Shown: positions 39,345-54,456 of the stretch, in pieces
Layout: every line of letters begins with the position of its first letter
How positions within the stretch are numbered: position 1 is the first letter of the stretch
Virus record (IMG/VR): IMGVR_UViG_3300008262_000001
DNA from: a virus
Lineage: Duplodnaviria; Caudoviricetes
Reading direction: 5' to 3' (one strand)
DNA: 64,000 nt
Position numbers and translations under genes: made by a program
Notes under the pieces: model-generated
Seen by the model: only the letters and a program-made list of their open reading frames with translations
What the model was told of the DNA's origin: nothing
The model's database searches: none

Positions 39345-39357
39345 TCAGTCCAGAATA

Positions 39358-40020
39358 TCAAAATCTAATATCTACTTTCTTCTGAGATTTGATTTGAACT
39401 GTTACTTTTTTAGCTCCTTCCACAATAAATGTTTCTTCCCAAGGAATGAAAATAGTGTCATCAACTATAACTTCTAATCTGACACGACCCGTTGATTTTT
39501 CTGGATAGAAATTCATTTTTTTAAGTGCAACCGCACATTTTCCGTCCTTACTTATTTTACCGTAGAAAACGAGATTGCAAATTTCATGATCAAAGACCAA
39601 TCGAACTTGCGAAGATGAAAGTTTTGCTCCCTGTACTGAGATGTTACATTCAAAAACTTCTTCCTTGTCTCGATAAATTTTATATAAGGAAGATTCTGAT
39701 TCATCTTCAGTATTTTCCGATTCTATTTCTTGGTCATCCTCTTCAAAATCGTCTTGGATGTTATCATGGTTGGAACTGTGGCTGTGATTCTGTGGATTTT
39801 CAACCTCGTGTTCCCTTGGAGGAATATTTGTGTTTTGTTGAATGACTTGTTCAGACTGAGAACTAACTGGAATATTTTTGTTGAACGATTGTCCGAGAAT
39901 TCCAGAAATAAAAGAATCTACTGATCCAAAAGTGGCAACATTATTTCCAGATCCCCTGTTCAAGGCTTCTAAAATTGCAGAACTTGATCCTTTATGTTTC
40001 CAATCCTCGTATTTTTGCAT
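39358..40020 (-). CDS. Hypothetical structural-region protein
   Basis: 220 aa, acidic linker then beta-rich C-domain. Confidence 0.65.
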   Translation of the reverse strand: MQKYEDWKHKGSSSAILEALNRGSGNNVATFGSVDSFISGILGQSFNKNIPVSSQSEQVIQQNTNIPPREHEVENPQNHSHSSNHDNIQDDFEEDDQEIESENTEDESESSLYKIYRDKEEVFECNISVQGAKLSSSQVRLVFDHEICNLVFYGKISKDGKCAVALKKMNFYPEKSTGRVRLEVIVDDTIFIPWEETFIVEGAKKVTVQIKSQKKVDIRF

Positions 40021-40388
40021 TATTTTTCTTTAATTTCTGCCTTCACTTGTATGTGTTTTTTACTATACAGATCCAAAGTTTTTTGAATATCATCAATAGT
40101 AATTTTAGCGGTTTTCGTTATCTCTTTTTGTAATTTCTTCTCTTTTCCTTTCACCTGTACAATAACCTCTAAAAGTTTATTTATCTTCTCTTCTTCTACC
40201 TTTTTCTTAATCAGCTTCTTTCTCATGGATTCCCAAGGATCCATTTCATCAAGAGCTAAAGTAAGGTCCCCTCCAACTATACCTCCAACAGTGTCTTCTA
40301 TTAATATCGCAACATCTATCCAAATATAGTCAGTGCCAATCCATTCCTCCTCAACTTCTTTCCAATCTAAAAAATACTTGTATGACAT
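40020..40388 (-). CDS. Hypothetical late protein
   Basis: GAATATATA 40394-40402 upstream. Confidence 0.65.
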   Translation of the reverse strand: MSYKYFLDWKEVEEEWIGTDYIWIDVAILIEDTVGGIVGGDLTLALDEMDPWESMRKKLIKKKVEEEKINKLLEVIVQVKGKEKKLQKEITKTAKITIDDIQKTLDLYSKKHIQVKAEIKEK

Positions 40389-40421
40389 CTTTGTATATAT
40401 TCAGAGAGATTATCTTTCTCC

Positions 40422-41942
40422 TTAACGAACCCAAGGTACACCTATGGTTTTTGGTATTGTTGGTAACTGTTGCCAATTAAGAGTTGCAGCTCCAATTGTT
40501 CCTTTGTAAACCCAGATTGTTCTACCATTAGAGGAGTCGATATCAGTGGCAGTAACGTGTCCTACATCTAGGCTTCCCCCATATGGAACAGTTAAAATTG
40601 TTGTTGTTCCAGGTGTACTAGATCTTATAATCGCATTATTAGAAGCTACACCTAAAAAAGTAAGAGAATTTGTTGTATAAATTAAATTCGATCCAAAAGT
40701 ATGAGTTACACCTGTGCCTTGACCAGTATAAGTTTCGAATGTACATCCATGGGTTCCACTAAACACAACATTGTTTAATGCAGAAAAATTTGCTAAGTTG
40801 AAACCACTATTGTTTATAGTGAATGAACTTACAGCAGGACACGCTACTGTACTACCAGTAGAAACAATTGTTCCCGAGGTGAAAATAAAAGTTCTTAACC
40901 AAGAAATCGTACCAGAAAATGTAATAGTTCCAGAGGTGTTGATTATTAAAGTGTTACTTAAATTACCAGTAGAAGTTCCGCTAATAGTTCCCGTGCCTGT
41001 CATAACTATTTTTGCAGTTCCAGAAGGAGAACCACCGGCGTTGTTATTAGTGAAGTTACCCCCTATATTTACATTTATTCCTGGACCATTAATATTTGCT
41101 ATAGAACTTGGAATTGTAAAGTTGCCTGTAAAATTAAGATCTGATATTAAGGTCGTGGTATTGGTAGAATTGTTTGTTTGGCAATTTTGAAATGACATCC
41201 CCGAAGCGTCAAAAGTGTTAAACCCTGCAAGTAAAATAGTTCCTGTGTGTGTTACTGCACCATTGATGTGAGTAAAAATCGTAGACAAAGTTAGAAGGGA
41301 TATATTTATATTGACATCACCTGCTCCATTAATAGTTACTGAAGCCATAGCCCATCTAGCATTTGTACTACTTGTTATGTTCATAGTGGTTCCAAGATCA
41401 GGTGCAAAAACTAGCGCAGATGTCCCTACGACGGAAGAAAGATTATTCCATTGTACTGATGATCCTTTAAAGGTAATTGTATTACCATTCCAAGTCCATG
41501 CGGTTGTTCCGGAAAGAATAAAAGCACCAGATTGTGTCCAGTTACTACCCCAGGTAAGAGTTGCAGTACCAGTACTTTTTTGTATAATCATTGTCACCGA
41601 GCAAATACATCCAAGGGATGATAAAGAAAGTGTTGTCCCTGGAGTAAGTCTAAGCGACGATGAACCTGCCATAGTCATAGATGAAGAGCCAAGTGCAACA
41701 TTACCAGTCACAATCAATTCGGTATCAAAAGTAAGGGTTCCTGTATAACTTGTACAAGTAAGATTTAAACAGTTACGGGTAGCGCCAGCATTTATGATAC
41801 AGTTAGCACTAGCAGCCTCGAAAACAGCATTGTCAAGAGTAGTTGGAACAGCTCCTGCTGAATAAGTAGGGGATGGCGTTGCACTCCAATCACCAGTAGC
41901 TCCCCAGTTTGTACCTGTACTCCTAAAATAATATGTGGCCAT
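40422..41942 (-). CDS. Beta-helix virion protein, paralog of 41946..43556
   Basis: Shared TDIDSS.G.T.W.Y.G...NWQQLP C-terminus. Confidence 0.7.
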   Translation of the reverse strand: MATYYFRSTGTNWGATGDWSATPSPTYSAGAVPTTLDNAVFEAASANCIINAGATRNCLNLTCTSYTGTLTFDTELIVTGNVALGSSSMTMAGSSSLRLTPGTTLSLSSLGCICSVTMIIQKSTGTATLTWGSNWTQSGAFILSGTTAWTWNGNTITFKGSSVQWNNLSSVVGTSALVFAPDLGTTMNITSSTNARWAMASVTINGAGDVNINISLLTLSTIFTHINGAVTHTGTILLAGFNTFDASGMSFQNCQTNNSTNTTTLISDLNFTGNFTIPSSIANINGPGINVNIGGNFTNNNAGGSPSGTAKIVMTGTGTISGTSTGNLSNTLIINTSGTITFSGTISWLRTFIFTSGTIVSTGSTVACPAVSSFTINNSGFNLANFSALNNVVFSGTHGCTFETYTGQGTGVTHTFGSNLIYTTNSLTFLGVASNNAIIRSSTPGTTTILTVPYGGSLDVGHVTATDIDSSNGRTIWVYKGTIGAATLNWQQLPTIPKTIGVPWVR

Positions 41943-41945
41943 AAT

Positions 41946-43556
41946 TTATATATTGAAGCTAGAGATTGTTGTAGGTTGAACTGGAAGTTGTTGCCAATTA
42001 GTAGTTCTAAGAAAAGTCCCCCTATAATCCCAGACTGTTTGTCCCTGTGATGAATCAATATCGGTTGGATTAACGTATCCCACATCTATAGTCGCTCCCT
42101 GTACAACAGTGAAAACTGCTTGTGTGCTTGGGACAGACGAAACAAAAGAAATCCTAGAAGCTTCAGTTCCAGCTAAAGTAATTCCTTCATTAACTGTATA
42201 CGTTTTGCTTGCAGAAAAAGTATGGGTAAGTCCTGCAACCGAGGAGTTGTACGTCCTAAAAGTTGCTCCTTGAGATCCAGCGAAAATAGGTGCACCCCCT
42301 GTTGCAGCAAAAAAGTTGGGAAATGGGAAAGTAGCACTGTTTAAATTATAAGTTGTTGATCCAGATACTGTCCACCAATTCGCGTTGGGCTGAGTAAATA
42401 CAATCGTACCTGATGTGTGTGTAAAACTTCGGCCAGCCCCACCATAGAGATTATTTGTACTAAAAAAAGTTACAGTCCCTGAGCAATTTATAATTAAATC
42501 TAAACCAAATCTTGCAGAAGCTGGGAGTGTTGCACCTGTTAAAGTGAAGGTAGGCGAAACAGAAGTAACATTAATTATAGTTGTCCCTGTAACTACTTGA
42601 CCTCCAGCATTGTGCAAGGTTGTAAGATTTCCGGTTAAGTTAATAGTGGATCCAGAAAGTGTGGGACTGATAGATTGCAAAGAGTTCCCAAAAAAAAGAG
42701 TTCCACTAATTTGTATATTATTAGCTAATGTGAAAGTAGCAGTTCCATTAAAACGTATATCCCCTGCTATAACACCAAAAGCATTTATAGATAATGTTGA
42801 GGCTACAGTAAATCTCAATTCTGTTGAGGCAGTAACTGTCACGCCTGCACTTGAAGTATGAGTGATACTTCCAAAATCTATGAATTTATTTGGATAATTA
42901 AACAAAACACTCCCTGCACCATTTATAGTTAGAGAATTTCTTAAATTGTTGTTTCCTGAGGTGTTTGGGTAAGGTGTGCTTATCGTGCAAGTCGTAGAAA
43001 CTGGAGGTGCCAAAATTATTCCTGCGGTTCCTTGAACAGCTATCGCTTGTGTTGCTGATCCCACTGTTAAATTTCCTCTTGCAGTTATTGACAATCCTGC
43101 TCCGTTCACAACCTGGGTGAGGGAAGTTCCTGGAATAAATTCAAGATTTCCTTCAATAGTCCAATTATCCCCTAAAGTTATAGTCCTACTTGCACCGGAG
43201 CCTTGAGGTGCAAATCTTAGATTTCCTGTCCAAACTTTTCCTCCGGAAGTCATTGTGAAAGTGCCATTGAAAGATAAAGTTCCTGTTCCTGCCACAGTCA
43301 TACCTGAAACAAATGTAAAAGGCTGTGAAGTTGCACTACCCGCACCCTGAGAAAGTGTTACACCGGAGTTAATAGTAAAAGTATTTGTGTAATTTGTAAA
43401 ATTAACACCATTGATTGTAGCATTTGCAGTCACTGTTAATGGACCAGAAGTAGCAGTAGCAATTACACTGTCTGCAGCTACTGGAACAACTCCACCTACC
43501 CATGTCCCAGTTGCGTTCCAGTTACCACCTGTATTACTTATAGTAATTACTGCCAT
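41946..43556 (-). CDS. Beta-helix virion protein, paralog of 40422..41942
   Basis: N-term GGNWNATGTWVGGVVP; shared C-terminus. Confidence 0.7.
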   Translation of the reverse strand: MAVITISNTGGNWNATGTWVGGVVPVAADSVIATATSGPLTVTANATINGVNFTNYTNTFTINSGVTLSQGAGSATSQPFTFVSGMTVAGTGTLSFNGTFTMTSGGKVWTGNLRFAPQGSGASRTITLGDNWTIEGNLEFIPGTSLTQVVNGAGLSITARGNLTVGSATQAIAVQGTAGIILAPPVSTTCTISTPYPNTSGNNNLRNSLTINGAGSVLFNYPNKFIDFGSITHTSSAGVTVTASTELRFTVASTLSINAFGVIAGDIRFNGTATFTLANNIQISGTLFFGNSLQSISPTLSGSTINLTGNLTTLHNAGGQVVTGTTIINVTSVSPTFTLTGATLPASARFGLDLIINCSGTVTFFSTNNLYGGAGRSFTHTSGTIVFTQPNANWWTVSGSTTYNLNSATFPFPNFFAATGGAPIFAGSQGATFRTYNSSVAGLTHTFSASKTYTVNEGITLAGTEASRISFVSSVPSTQAVFTVVQGATIDVGYVNPTDIDSSQGQTVWDYRGTFLRTTNWQQLPVQPTTISSFNI

Positions 43557-43795
43557 TATTCAATCAATCCCAATTTTTGTTGTTGTGTAATTCCACAATT
43601 TTCTATACCCAAAATTATATAATCTTCATCAGGAGGCATAAAGTGAGGAATATCTACTGTTATTTTAGTTCCATCAAAATCATATTCAACTAAAGTGAAA
43701 ACTATGTTTTGATCCTGCATTATTGATTCAGTTTCTGATATGAAAATCTCAGCAGGATAAGTTTCTTCTCTTCTTTGTAAAATAGTGTAAGTCAT
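43556..43795 (-). CDS. Small protein in the fibre operon
   Basis: 79 aa, TAATG overlap with the downstream gene. Confidence 0.6.
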   Translation of the reverse strand: MTYTILQRREETYPAEIFISETESIMQDQNIVFTLVEYDFDGTKITVDIPHFMPPDEDYIILGIENCGITQQQKLGLIE

Positions 43796-43799
43796 AAAT

Positions 43800-48743
<4,944 letters not shown>

Positions 48744-48796
48744 TTATATATTTGTACTCAGAAAGAGTGTTTTTAATTCGGGGAATATATACGAAT

Positions 48797-49552
48797 ATGA
48801 GCTACAGATTAGAAAATTTTCTAGAAAAAATATCTTCTAAAAAGAAAGTCCTTTTTTTAACAACATCCAATAGATGGGAAGGAAGTAAAGAGGTTCCAAA
48901 ATCTACACTTTTGGCAAGATCAATCAAAGAAAGAGTAAGCGCAACAACTGAGGTAAACATAATTGATGTGCCTTCTTTAAATATTTTCCCCTGCGAAGGC
49001 AACGTTTCTGGAGTAGATGGAAACAACTGTGGAATTAAAGATTCATTGCTTAAGGATTCAGAAAAAAATCCTTCAGGATTTCATAGATGTTGGGCTTCTC
49101 TCAATCACGAAGAAGACGAACTTTGGAAAATTTCTAAGGAGATGTTTGAATCGGAAGCTGTAGTTTTCTTTATCAGCGTGAGATGGGGACAAGCCAATGC
49201 TTTCTATCAAAAACTAATTGAGAGATTGAATTGGATAGAGAACATTCACTTTACTTTAGGTGAAGATAATTTTGTTTCTGATATTGAAGCTGGTTGTGTG
49301 GTGGTTGGTCAAAACTGGAACGGGGAAAATGTTTTAGAAACCCAAAAGCAGGTCTATGAATTCTATGGATTTCAGGTTCCAGATGAGCTTTCTTTTTACT
49401 GGCAATACACCCAAGATATTATGGACGAAACCCAGGAATCTTATGAGGAAGCTCCTAAAGCTTTTGTAAAAGAATTTGATCTTTCTATTTCCTCTTTAAA
49501 AGAATCTCTAAACAAAGCTTTTCAAGGCTTAAAAAGACTTTTTGATTTTTAA
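48797..49552 (+). CDS. Flavodoxin-fold NADPH-dependent FMN reductase / WrbA-like protein
   Basis: LFLTTSNR, IFPCEG...C, SEAVVFFISVRWG...QKLIERL; GAATATATA 48783-48791. Confidence 0.7.
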   Translation: MSYRLENFLEKISSKKKVLFLTTSNRWEGSKEVPKSTLLARSIKERVSATTEVNIIDVPSLNIFPCEGNVSGVDGNNCGIKDSLLKDSEKNPSGFHRCWASLNHEEDELWKISKEMFESEAVVFFISVRWGQANAFYQKLIERLNWIENIHFTLGEDNFVSDIEAGCVVVGQNWNGENVLETQKQVYEFYGFQVPDELSFYWQYTQDIMDETQESYEEAPKAFVKEFDLSISSLKESLNKAFQGLKRLFDF

Positions 49553-49986
49553 CAGGGGAAGAGTTTTTGTCCGACTAATTGCCATATTTTTTCAATACGA
49601 TCTTCGAAAAAGTGTAAGTTCTCCTTTCCCTTTAAAGGATTTGTAAAATCCCATTGTATTGATTCTATTCCCAAGATCCCTCTATCAGATTCTAATTGGA
49701 CTTCAAAGGTAAACTCAAATAGTTCAGGATCTTCAATGACTTGCTTTAGATCATAACAATAACAATAGATCGTGTACTTGAGTTTATCTTGATCCATGAA
49801 TTCTTTAGTGTACGCATCATAGCAAAAATCTCCCTTGATTTTTTTTGCATCAAATCTTAAGTACCCTGAGGAGATAAGTATGTTTCTGAAAATATAGGAA
49901 TTAGCACTTCCTGTTTGAAGAGACTCAATCGAGATAGAACTTTCCCTCTCTGTATGTGACCGAAATTGGATCGTTGGTTGGGGCAT
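49549..49986 (-). CDS. Hypothetical protein
   Basis: 145-aa ORF. Confidence 0.55.
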   Translation of the reverse strand: MPQPTIQFRSHTERESSISIESLQTGSANSYIFRNILISSGYLRFDAKKIKGDFCYDAYTKEFMDQDKLKYTIYCYCYDLKQVIEDPELFEFTFEVQLESDRGILGIESIQWDFTNPLKGKENLHFFEDRIEKIWQLVGQKLFPC

Positions 49987-50599
49987 ATCTTCTATTTAAA
50001 ATACTACAGTTCACAAAAATTGTGTCATCATCCGTATAAGTTCCATATCCCTCGTGGATGTGACCAAAACAATTTAATTTAGGCTTTATCCTTTTTATTG
50101 CTTTATAAAGCTCTTCACAGCCAACATCTTCACCCTCTAAAACCTTACTCAAGTCATTTCCTAGATAAGCTGGGGGTCCATGGGTAATTAATACATCTAC
50201 ATTTTCCGGAATTTTATTCCAATGATGTTCTATGCTCGATCCTCTAAATCTGTTAAAAGCCCAATTATGAAACCATGGAGTTATAGGAGATCCCCAGAAT
50301 TTTATTCCCTCTAGTTCAATACCATTATCAATTAATAGATTTATCCCTCTGGAATCAGTCATATTTTTTGCTTTGTCAAATTCCTTTTCAAACAAAAAAT
50401 CGTGATTTCCTGGAATCAAAATTTTATGGGTATGTGGTAAACTTCCGAACCAATCACAGAAATCTATGACCTGGTCTTCTTTACCGTTCATAGAAACATC
50501 TCCACAGTGGATTATAAAATCACCATTTGGAACATCCATTGTTCCATCGTTATGTCTGCAGTGGGTGTCGGAAATCAAAATTAATTTAAGATCTTTCAT
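49925..50599 (-). CDS. Calcineurin-like metallophosphoesterase (MPPED-type)
   Basis: SDTH, HCGD, PGNHD, THGPP, FGHIHEGYG. Confidence 0.9.
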   Translation of the reverse strand: MKDLKLILISDTHCRHNDGTMDVPNGDFIIHCGDVSMNGKEDQVIDFCDWFGSLPHTHKILIPGNHDFLFEKEFDKAKNMTDSRGINLLIDNGIELEGIKFWGSPITPWFHNWAFNRFRGSSIEHHWNKIPENVDVLITHGPPAYLGNDLSKVLEGEDVGCEELYKAIKRIKPKLNCFGHIHEGYGTYTDDDTIFVNCSILNRRYAPTNDPISVTYREGKFYLD

Positions 50600-51066
50600 C
50601 TTATCGATTCATGAATTATTGGTCCTTTAAAGCTTCTTTCTAAAACCCTTTTCCCAAATATAAAGGAAAAATTGTAATCAGATATAATTTGACTTTGGAC
50701 TGTTTCTAAAACATTCGAGCTAGTTAATGTGAGTTGCGTTGTTGCTTTTGTCCTTATTAAAGTGACTTTATACTTTCTCCTTTTTATGGGCTCTTTGAAA
50801 TGGCCAAAATCAACTATTAATCCGCACTGTCTTATCTCCCAATTCAAAACCATAGACTCAGAATTTTTAGTGAGGTAGAGAAGTATCTCTGTCCGATCTA
50901 GTGGTAAAGAAATTAAAAAAATATCGAATCTGTTCTTTCTAAAAATCCATGGGAAAAATCCATATAGGGGAGTAAAGAAAAGGTAATGGACTTTCTTTTT
51001 ATAATTAAAAGAAAAATGGCCAAGTGCCCACAACAGATTTGATATTTTCAGAAATAAGCTTTTCAC
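50596..51066 (-). CDS. Hypothetical protein
   Basis: 156-aa ORF, ATGA overlap. Confidence 0.55.
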   Translation of the reverse strand: MKSLFLKISNLLWALGHFSFNYKKKVHYLFFTPLYGFFPWIFRKNRFDIFLISLPLDRTEILLYLTKNSESMVLNWEIRQCGLIVDFGHFKEPIKRRKYKVTLIRTKATTQLTLTSSNVLETVQSQIISDYNFSFIFGKRVLERSFKGPIIHESIR

Positions 51067-51076
51067 ACATTATCTA

Positions 51077-51229
51077 TCAAAGTGTAAATTTATTTCCTCC
51101 TAATTTCTCTTCTAATTCAGAGAGGCTAAATTTTTTGTAAGCTTCAAAAAGAAGCTCTAATTTCATTTTTTCTTCAAGAGTTAGTACTTCAAGTTCTTCA
51201 ATTTCTGCTGATCTAAATAAATTTTTCAT
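51077..51229 (-). CDS. Small hypothetical protein (start re-assigned)
   Basis: MKNLFRSAEIEELE. Confidence 0.5.
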   Translation of the reverse strand: MKNLFRSAEIEELEVLTLEEKMKLELLFEAYKKFSLSELEEKLGGNKFTL

Positions 51230-51286
51230 ATGGGTTGTTTTATGTTGTATGTGTCTTAAAGAGTGTTGTTTCGGAACAAAACAATA

Positions 51287-51598
51287 ATGGGCAATAAAAT
51301 ACACATGACAGTAATTAAAAATAAAGTAAATCCAGAAAATCTTGAAGATTGGTTCACAACGAATAGAGCAAAGGTGTATGAAAGATCAGTTGAAACAGCT
51401 TCATTATTAGTAAGTAATTTACATTTAGAGCAAGAAATACTGTTTGAATTCTATTGGAATGATGATGTGTATGCAAAAATATACATGAACAAAAAAGACG
51501 TCAAAACTGCCATGGAAAAGGCTTTAAATTTCTTTGTTGAGCAGGAAATGTATGAAAAAGCCCAAGCATGTAAGGATATTAAGGACCTTGCAGTTTAA
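51287..51598 (+). CDS. UVR-motif-like protein (start re-assigned)
   Basis: ALNFFVEQEMYEKAQACKD. Confidence 0.55.
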   Translation: MGNKIHMTVIKNKVNPENLEDWFTTNRAKVYERSVETASLLVSNLHLEQEILFEFYWNDDVYAKIYMNKKDVKTAMEKALNFFVEQEMYEKAQACKDIKDLAV

Positions 51599-51688
51599 GA
51601 AAAATCTACAAAACATCTGTAGAAAAAATCAGAAAATATTATTTTGTTTAACCTTTAGTTGTTAGATTAGCGCAGCAACAAATAACAA

Positions 51689-51922
51689 ATGACAACAAAA
51701 CTCAATGTTATGAACACAAAAAGTGAAAGTATTGATCGAGCATTTATCGACATTAAGGATGAGAAAGAATTCAAGCTTTGGTTAAAATTCATAGCTTCAG
51801 TTTACAAGAACGGTGGAGATATCAAAAAACCTGTTGATATTCTTTGGAAAAGCTTAGAAGGGGAATTAAGCTCCATTAATTCTAAAAACAAAATCCGCAG
51901 AAAAAAAGGAATTGCTGCTTAG
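51689..51922 (+). CDS. Hypothetical protein
   Basis: 77-aa ORF. Confidence 0.6.
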   Translation: MTTKLNVMNTKSESIDRAFIDIKDEKEFKLWLKFIASVYKNGGDIKKPVDILWKSLEGELSSINSKNKIRRKKGIAA

Positions 51923-52014
51923 AAGATTTCTTCTAAATAAGCATACATAGACATTATTGCGGAGATCCAAATAATTAGAACAATCCACTGCCAGTTGTTT
52001 CTGATGTACTTCAT
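51919..52014 (-). CDS. 31-aa single-TM peptide (not in ORF track)
   Basis: MKYIRNNWQWIVLIIWISAIMSMYAYLEEIF. Confidence 0.5.
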   Translation of the reverse strand: MKYIRNNWQWIVLIIWISAIMSMYAYLEEIF

Positions 52015-52025
52015 AGTGATAGGTT

Positions 52026-52553
52026 TTATATTTTTACAGTTTTAGTTTTAATCTCTGATAAATCTACATTGATTTTATCTCCTTGCACAATAAAGGAAAT
52101 ATTTTCCAATGTATTTTTTAGTCCCACCAGTGCAACGTTTTCTCTTTTTTCACTATCTCTCTTAAATCTCCTTAGTAATGTTCCAAAGACATTTTCCTCA
52201 GTGTAAACTATAGGTGTCTTTATTTTTGAGGTTTTGTTCAAATTATCCATAATGAAATCTCTGTCATCAAAAGTTTTTCCTGGAGCAATATAAAAAACAT
52301 AAGGTGTTGTAACAGAAGAAAACACCTTATCCCTTTCTCCTTTGAAATCGAAAGGTTCAACAACTAAAGTATTTCGTAATTCACTGCTAACTTGTTGGGC
52401 ATATTGAATTGACCCATCTTTAGAACCGAAGTCAGCAACTAAAACCCTTGTACCTCTTATTCTTGTTTGAAATACCAGACTCTCAATAGTTGATTTGAGT
52501 TTTAACAATGAGTCACTACAAGGAATAATTATAGTGACTAAATTCTTGATCAA
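52026..52553 (-). CDS. Truncated or degenerate GT2 glycosyltransferase-like domain
   Basis: VTIIIPC, VLVADFGSKDGS; the DxD position reads APG. Confidence 0.6.
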   Translation of the reverse strand: MIKNLVTIIIPCSDSLLKLKSTIESLVFQTRIRGTRVLVADFGSKDGSIQYAQQVSSELRNTLVVEPFDFKGERDKVFSSVTTPYVFYIAPGKTFDDRDFIMDNLNKTSKIKTPIVYTEENVFGTLLRRFKRDSEKRENVALVGLKNTLENISFIVQGDKINVDLSEIKTKTVKI

Positions 52554-52560
52554 AATTTAC

Positions 52561-52881
52561 TTATCTTAAAAAAATTTGGTGAATACTTATTGCAACCACC
52601 CAAACAAAGATTATTCTAAATAATCTATTCATACTTGGGTCTATTATTTCGTTATAAAAATCCTTGATGTTTTGATCCCTCTCACCTATCTTTATTCTGT
52701 TTCTTGTCATCATTAATACAAAACTCAATCCTAAAATTTGATAGTACTTAAAAGTGTTTAAATAAGGAATTTCATAAAAATAAACAATGGAATAAACACA
52801 AAAAGACTCCAAAACAGCAAGGGGAAGTGCCAATAAAGTGGCTAATACGATGGCTGAAGAAAGTCTTTTTAAAAAATCCAT
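52561..52881 (-). CDS. Membrane protein (about 3 TM)
   Basis: Hydrophobic segments; ATATATAG upstream. Confidence 0.6.
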   Translation of the reverse strand: MDFLKRLSSAIVLATLLALPLAVLESFCVYSIVYFYEIPYLNTFKYYQILGLSFVLMMTRNRIKIGERDQNIKDFYNEIIDPSMNRLFRIIFVWVVAISIHQIFLR

Positions 52882-52892
52882 AATCTATATAT

Positions 52893-53348
52893 TTATATTG
52901 TGTGTGGAATGTCTATTCTTCTGCAGTTCTGGATTTGTGCTTCATTCATCAAAAAATTATTAATGTAACCCATAATATTAGCTGCTCCTATTGGGTTAGC
53001 AGAATGAACCAAAATTAAGGGAAAAACTATAGGAGTTTGTTTTTTGTGCTTTCTTTCCAAATCATCCCTCTCTGGATTCTCAAGATAAAATTTATCAACT
53101 AACCACTTAGCACAATCATAACCAGTCTTTTCTGAAATATTTCCATAGTCCAAAACGTAGTTTTTAGATACGTTTCTAAAGTATTCCTGCATAGCAGTAT
53201 CACCCAGGTCATGATCCAACGATATAGTGTTTATTTTAGCAAACCCTATTTCATCAACTTTTTTTACAAATTCGTCGTAGTTCCTACAAACAATCCAAGT
53301 TTGATCAACAGGGGTTCTTAAGTCGTCTAAGTAGATTTTAACCATCAT
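52893..53348 (-). CDS. Cyclic-phosphate-processing receiver-like (cREC) protein
   Basis: IYLDDLR, ISLDHDLG, TGYDCAKWL, VHSANPIGAANI. Confidence 0.82.
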   Translation of the reverse strand: MMVKIYLDDLRTPVDQTWIVCRNYDEFVKKVDEIGFAKINTISLDHDLGDTAMQEYFRNVSKNYVLDYGNISEKTGYDCAKWLVDKFYLENPERDDLERKHKKQTPIVFPLILVHSANPIGAANIMGYINNFLMNEAQIQNCRRIDIPHTI

Positions 53349-53797
53349 CTTGTGTTTAGTGTTTTAATTAACCAGGTTTTACATTCTGCTCCTAATCTTA
53401 TAGCTGCTTTCTCCGCACTTATTTCATACGGGTGGTTACTAAGATTTCTTTTGTAAACCCTTAAATAAACATCATACATAATAAGTATGTTCTGCTGATA
53501 GTGCTTCCATTCATGTATCATAGTCCTGCAGATATCAATTAGAGATCTATGATTTTTAAGATAGACTACGATTTCATTTCTGACTTCATCATAGTGACCC
53601 CTATATTTTTTACTTCTCTCGTTCAGAATCTTTAATTTTGGAAACCCTAGTTGATATCTGGACCCACCTAATCTGTAAGAGCACCAAACAAAAGCTAATT
53701 TAGCAACTTCTTTCTGGAAGGTTGGGTTTTTGTGATTTGCAGCATCACTAGGAAGTTTAAGATAAGTTTTTCTTCGCAGGTAAGAATCTATGTTCAT
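53345..53797 (-). CDS. HExxH zinc metallopeptidase-like protein
   Basis: TMIHEWKHYQQ...PYEISA. Confidence 0.65.
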   Translation of the reverse strand: MNIDSYLRRKTYLKLPSDAANHKNPTFQKEVAKLAFVWCSYRLGGSRYQLGFPKLKILNERSKKYRGHYDEVRNEIVVYLKNHRSLIDICRTMIHEWKHYQQNILIMYDVYLRVYKRNLSNHPYEISAEKAAIRLGAECKTWLIKTLNTR

Positions 53798-53914
53798 TCG
53801 GTCAAGGTTGTGCCTAGGCCCAAAGGCTTAAGCAAGGTTAAAAAGGTTAGTGTGAATCTTTCCCCTCTGATCTTTAGCACAACTAAATTAATCAATCAAT
53901 CCGCTGATCAGACA

Positions 53915-53954
53915 GGAGAAAAAGACAAGATTTGAACAGCTGGATGTTCAAATC
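53915..53954 (-). terminator. Intrinsic terminator
   Basis: GATTTGAACA-TCCAGC-TGTTCAAATC then TTGTCTTTTT. Confidence 0.6.
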
Positions 53955-53986
53955 GGAGTGTAATAAGGTTAGATTAAACTACAGTA

Positions 53987-54211
53987 TTAATTTTCAGCAA
54001 TACACTTGACCCTAGTTCTGCTATTTGCATCAAGATGATACTGATACCAAACCATGGCCTTGTCCTTTTCATAAAATGTAGCACCCCACTCTGAATGTTC
54101 TTCAAAATATTCAGACCAGAAAAGGCCTAAAATTTTTTTCTCGACCCTCCAAAAAGGTTTTCCGTTGTTGATTAACTTGTCTTTTATCTCCAGAACTCTG
54201 TACTTAGCCAT
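53987..54211 (-). CDS. Hypothetical protein
   Basis: 74-aa ORF in operon. Confidence 0.6.
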   Translation of the reverse strand: MAKYRVLEIKDKLINNGKPFWRVEKKILGLFWSEYFEEHSEWGATFYEKDKAMVWYQYHLDANSRTRVKCIAEN

Positions 54212-54215
54212 GTTG

Positions 54216-54452
54216 TTAATTTGTGAGTGGTGAAACTATTGCTGGATGTGATTGTAGCTTACAAATTACTTCGTTCCATTGATCCGATTGTATATTCATT
54301 GCTTCATCTGTATGGCCTTTGTCTGCAAAATCTTTGAGCAGTTGAGCTAATTCGATTGCACACAGAATGTTATCTCTCTTTGATAATTTTCCGGTGTAAG
54401 GGTTAGTGTCAGATGAAAGAATTACCAGATTTACTAATTTTCTAGTTGTCAT
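54216..54452 (-). CDS. Hypothetical protein
   Basis: 78-aa ORF in operon. Confidence 0.55.
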   Translation of the reverse strand: MTTRKLVNLVILSSDTNPYTGKLSKRDNILCAIELAQLLKDFADKGHTDEAMNIQSDQWNEVICKLQSHPAIVSPLTN

Positions 54453-54456
54453 AAAT

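Noticed and set aside
53798-53986. Intergenic stretch with hairpin and short palindromes as an ncRNA
   Set aside because: The main hairpin is explained as a terminator; the rest is weak and may hold a 33-codon TTG ORF
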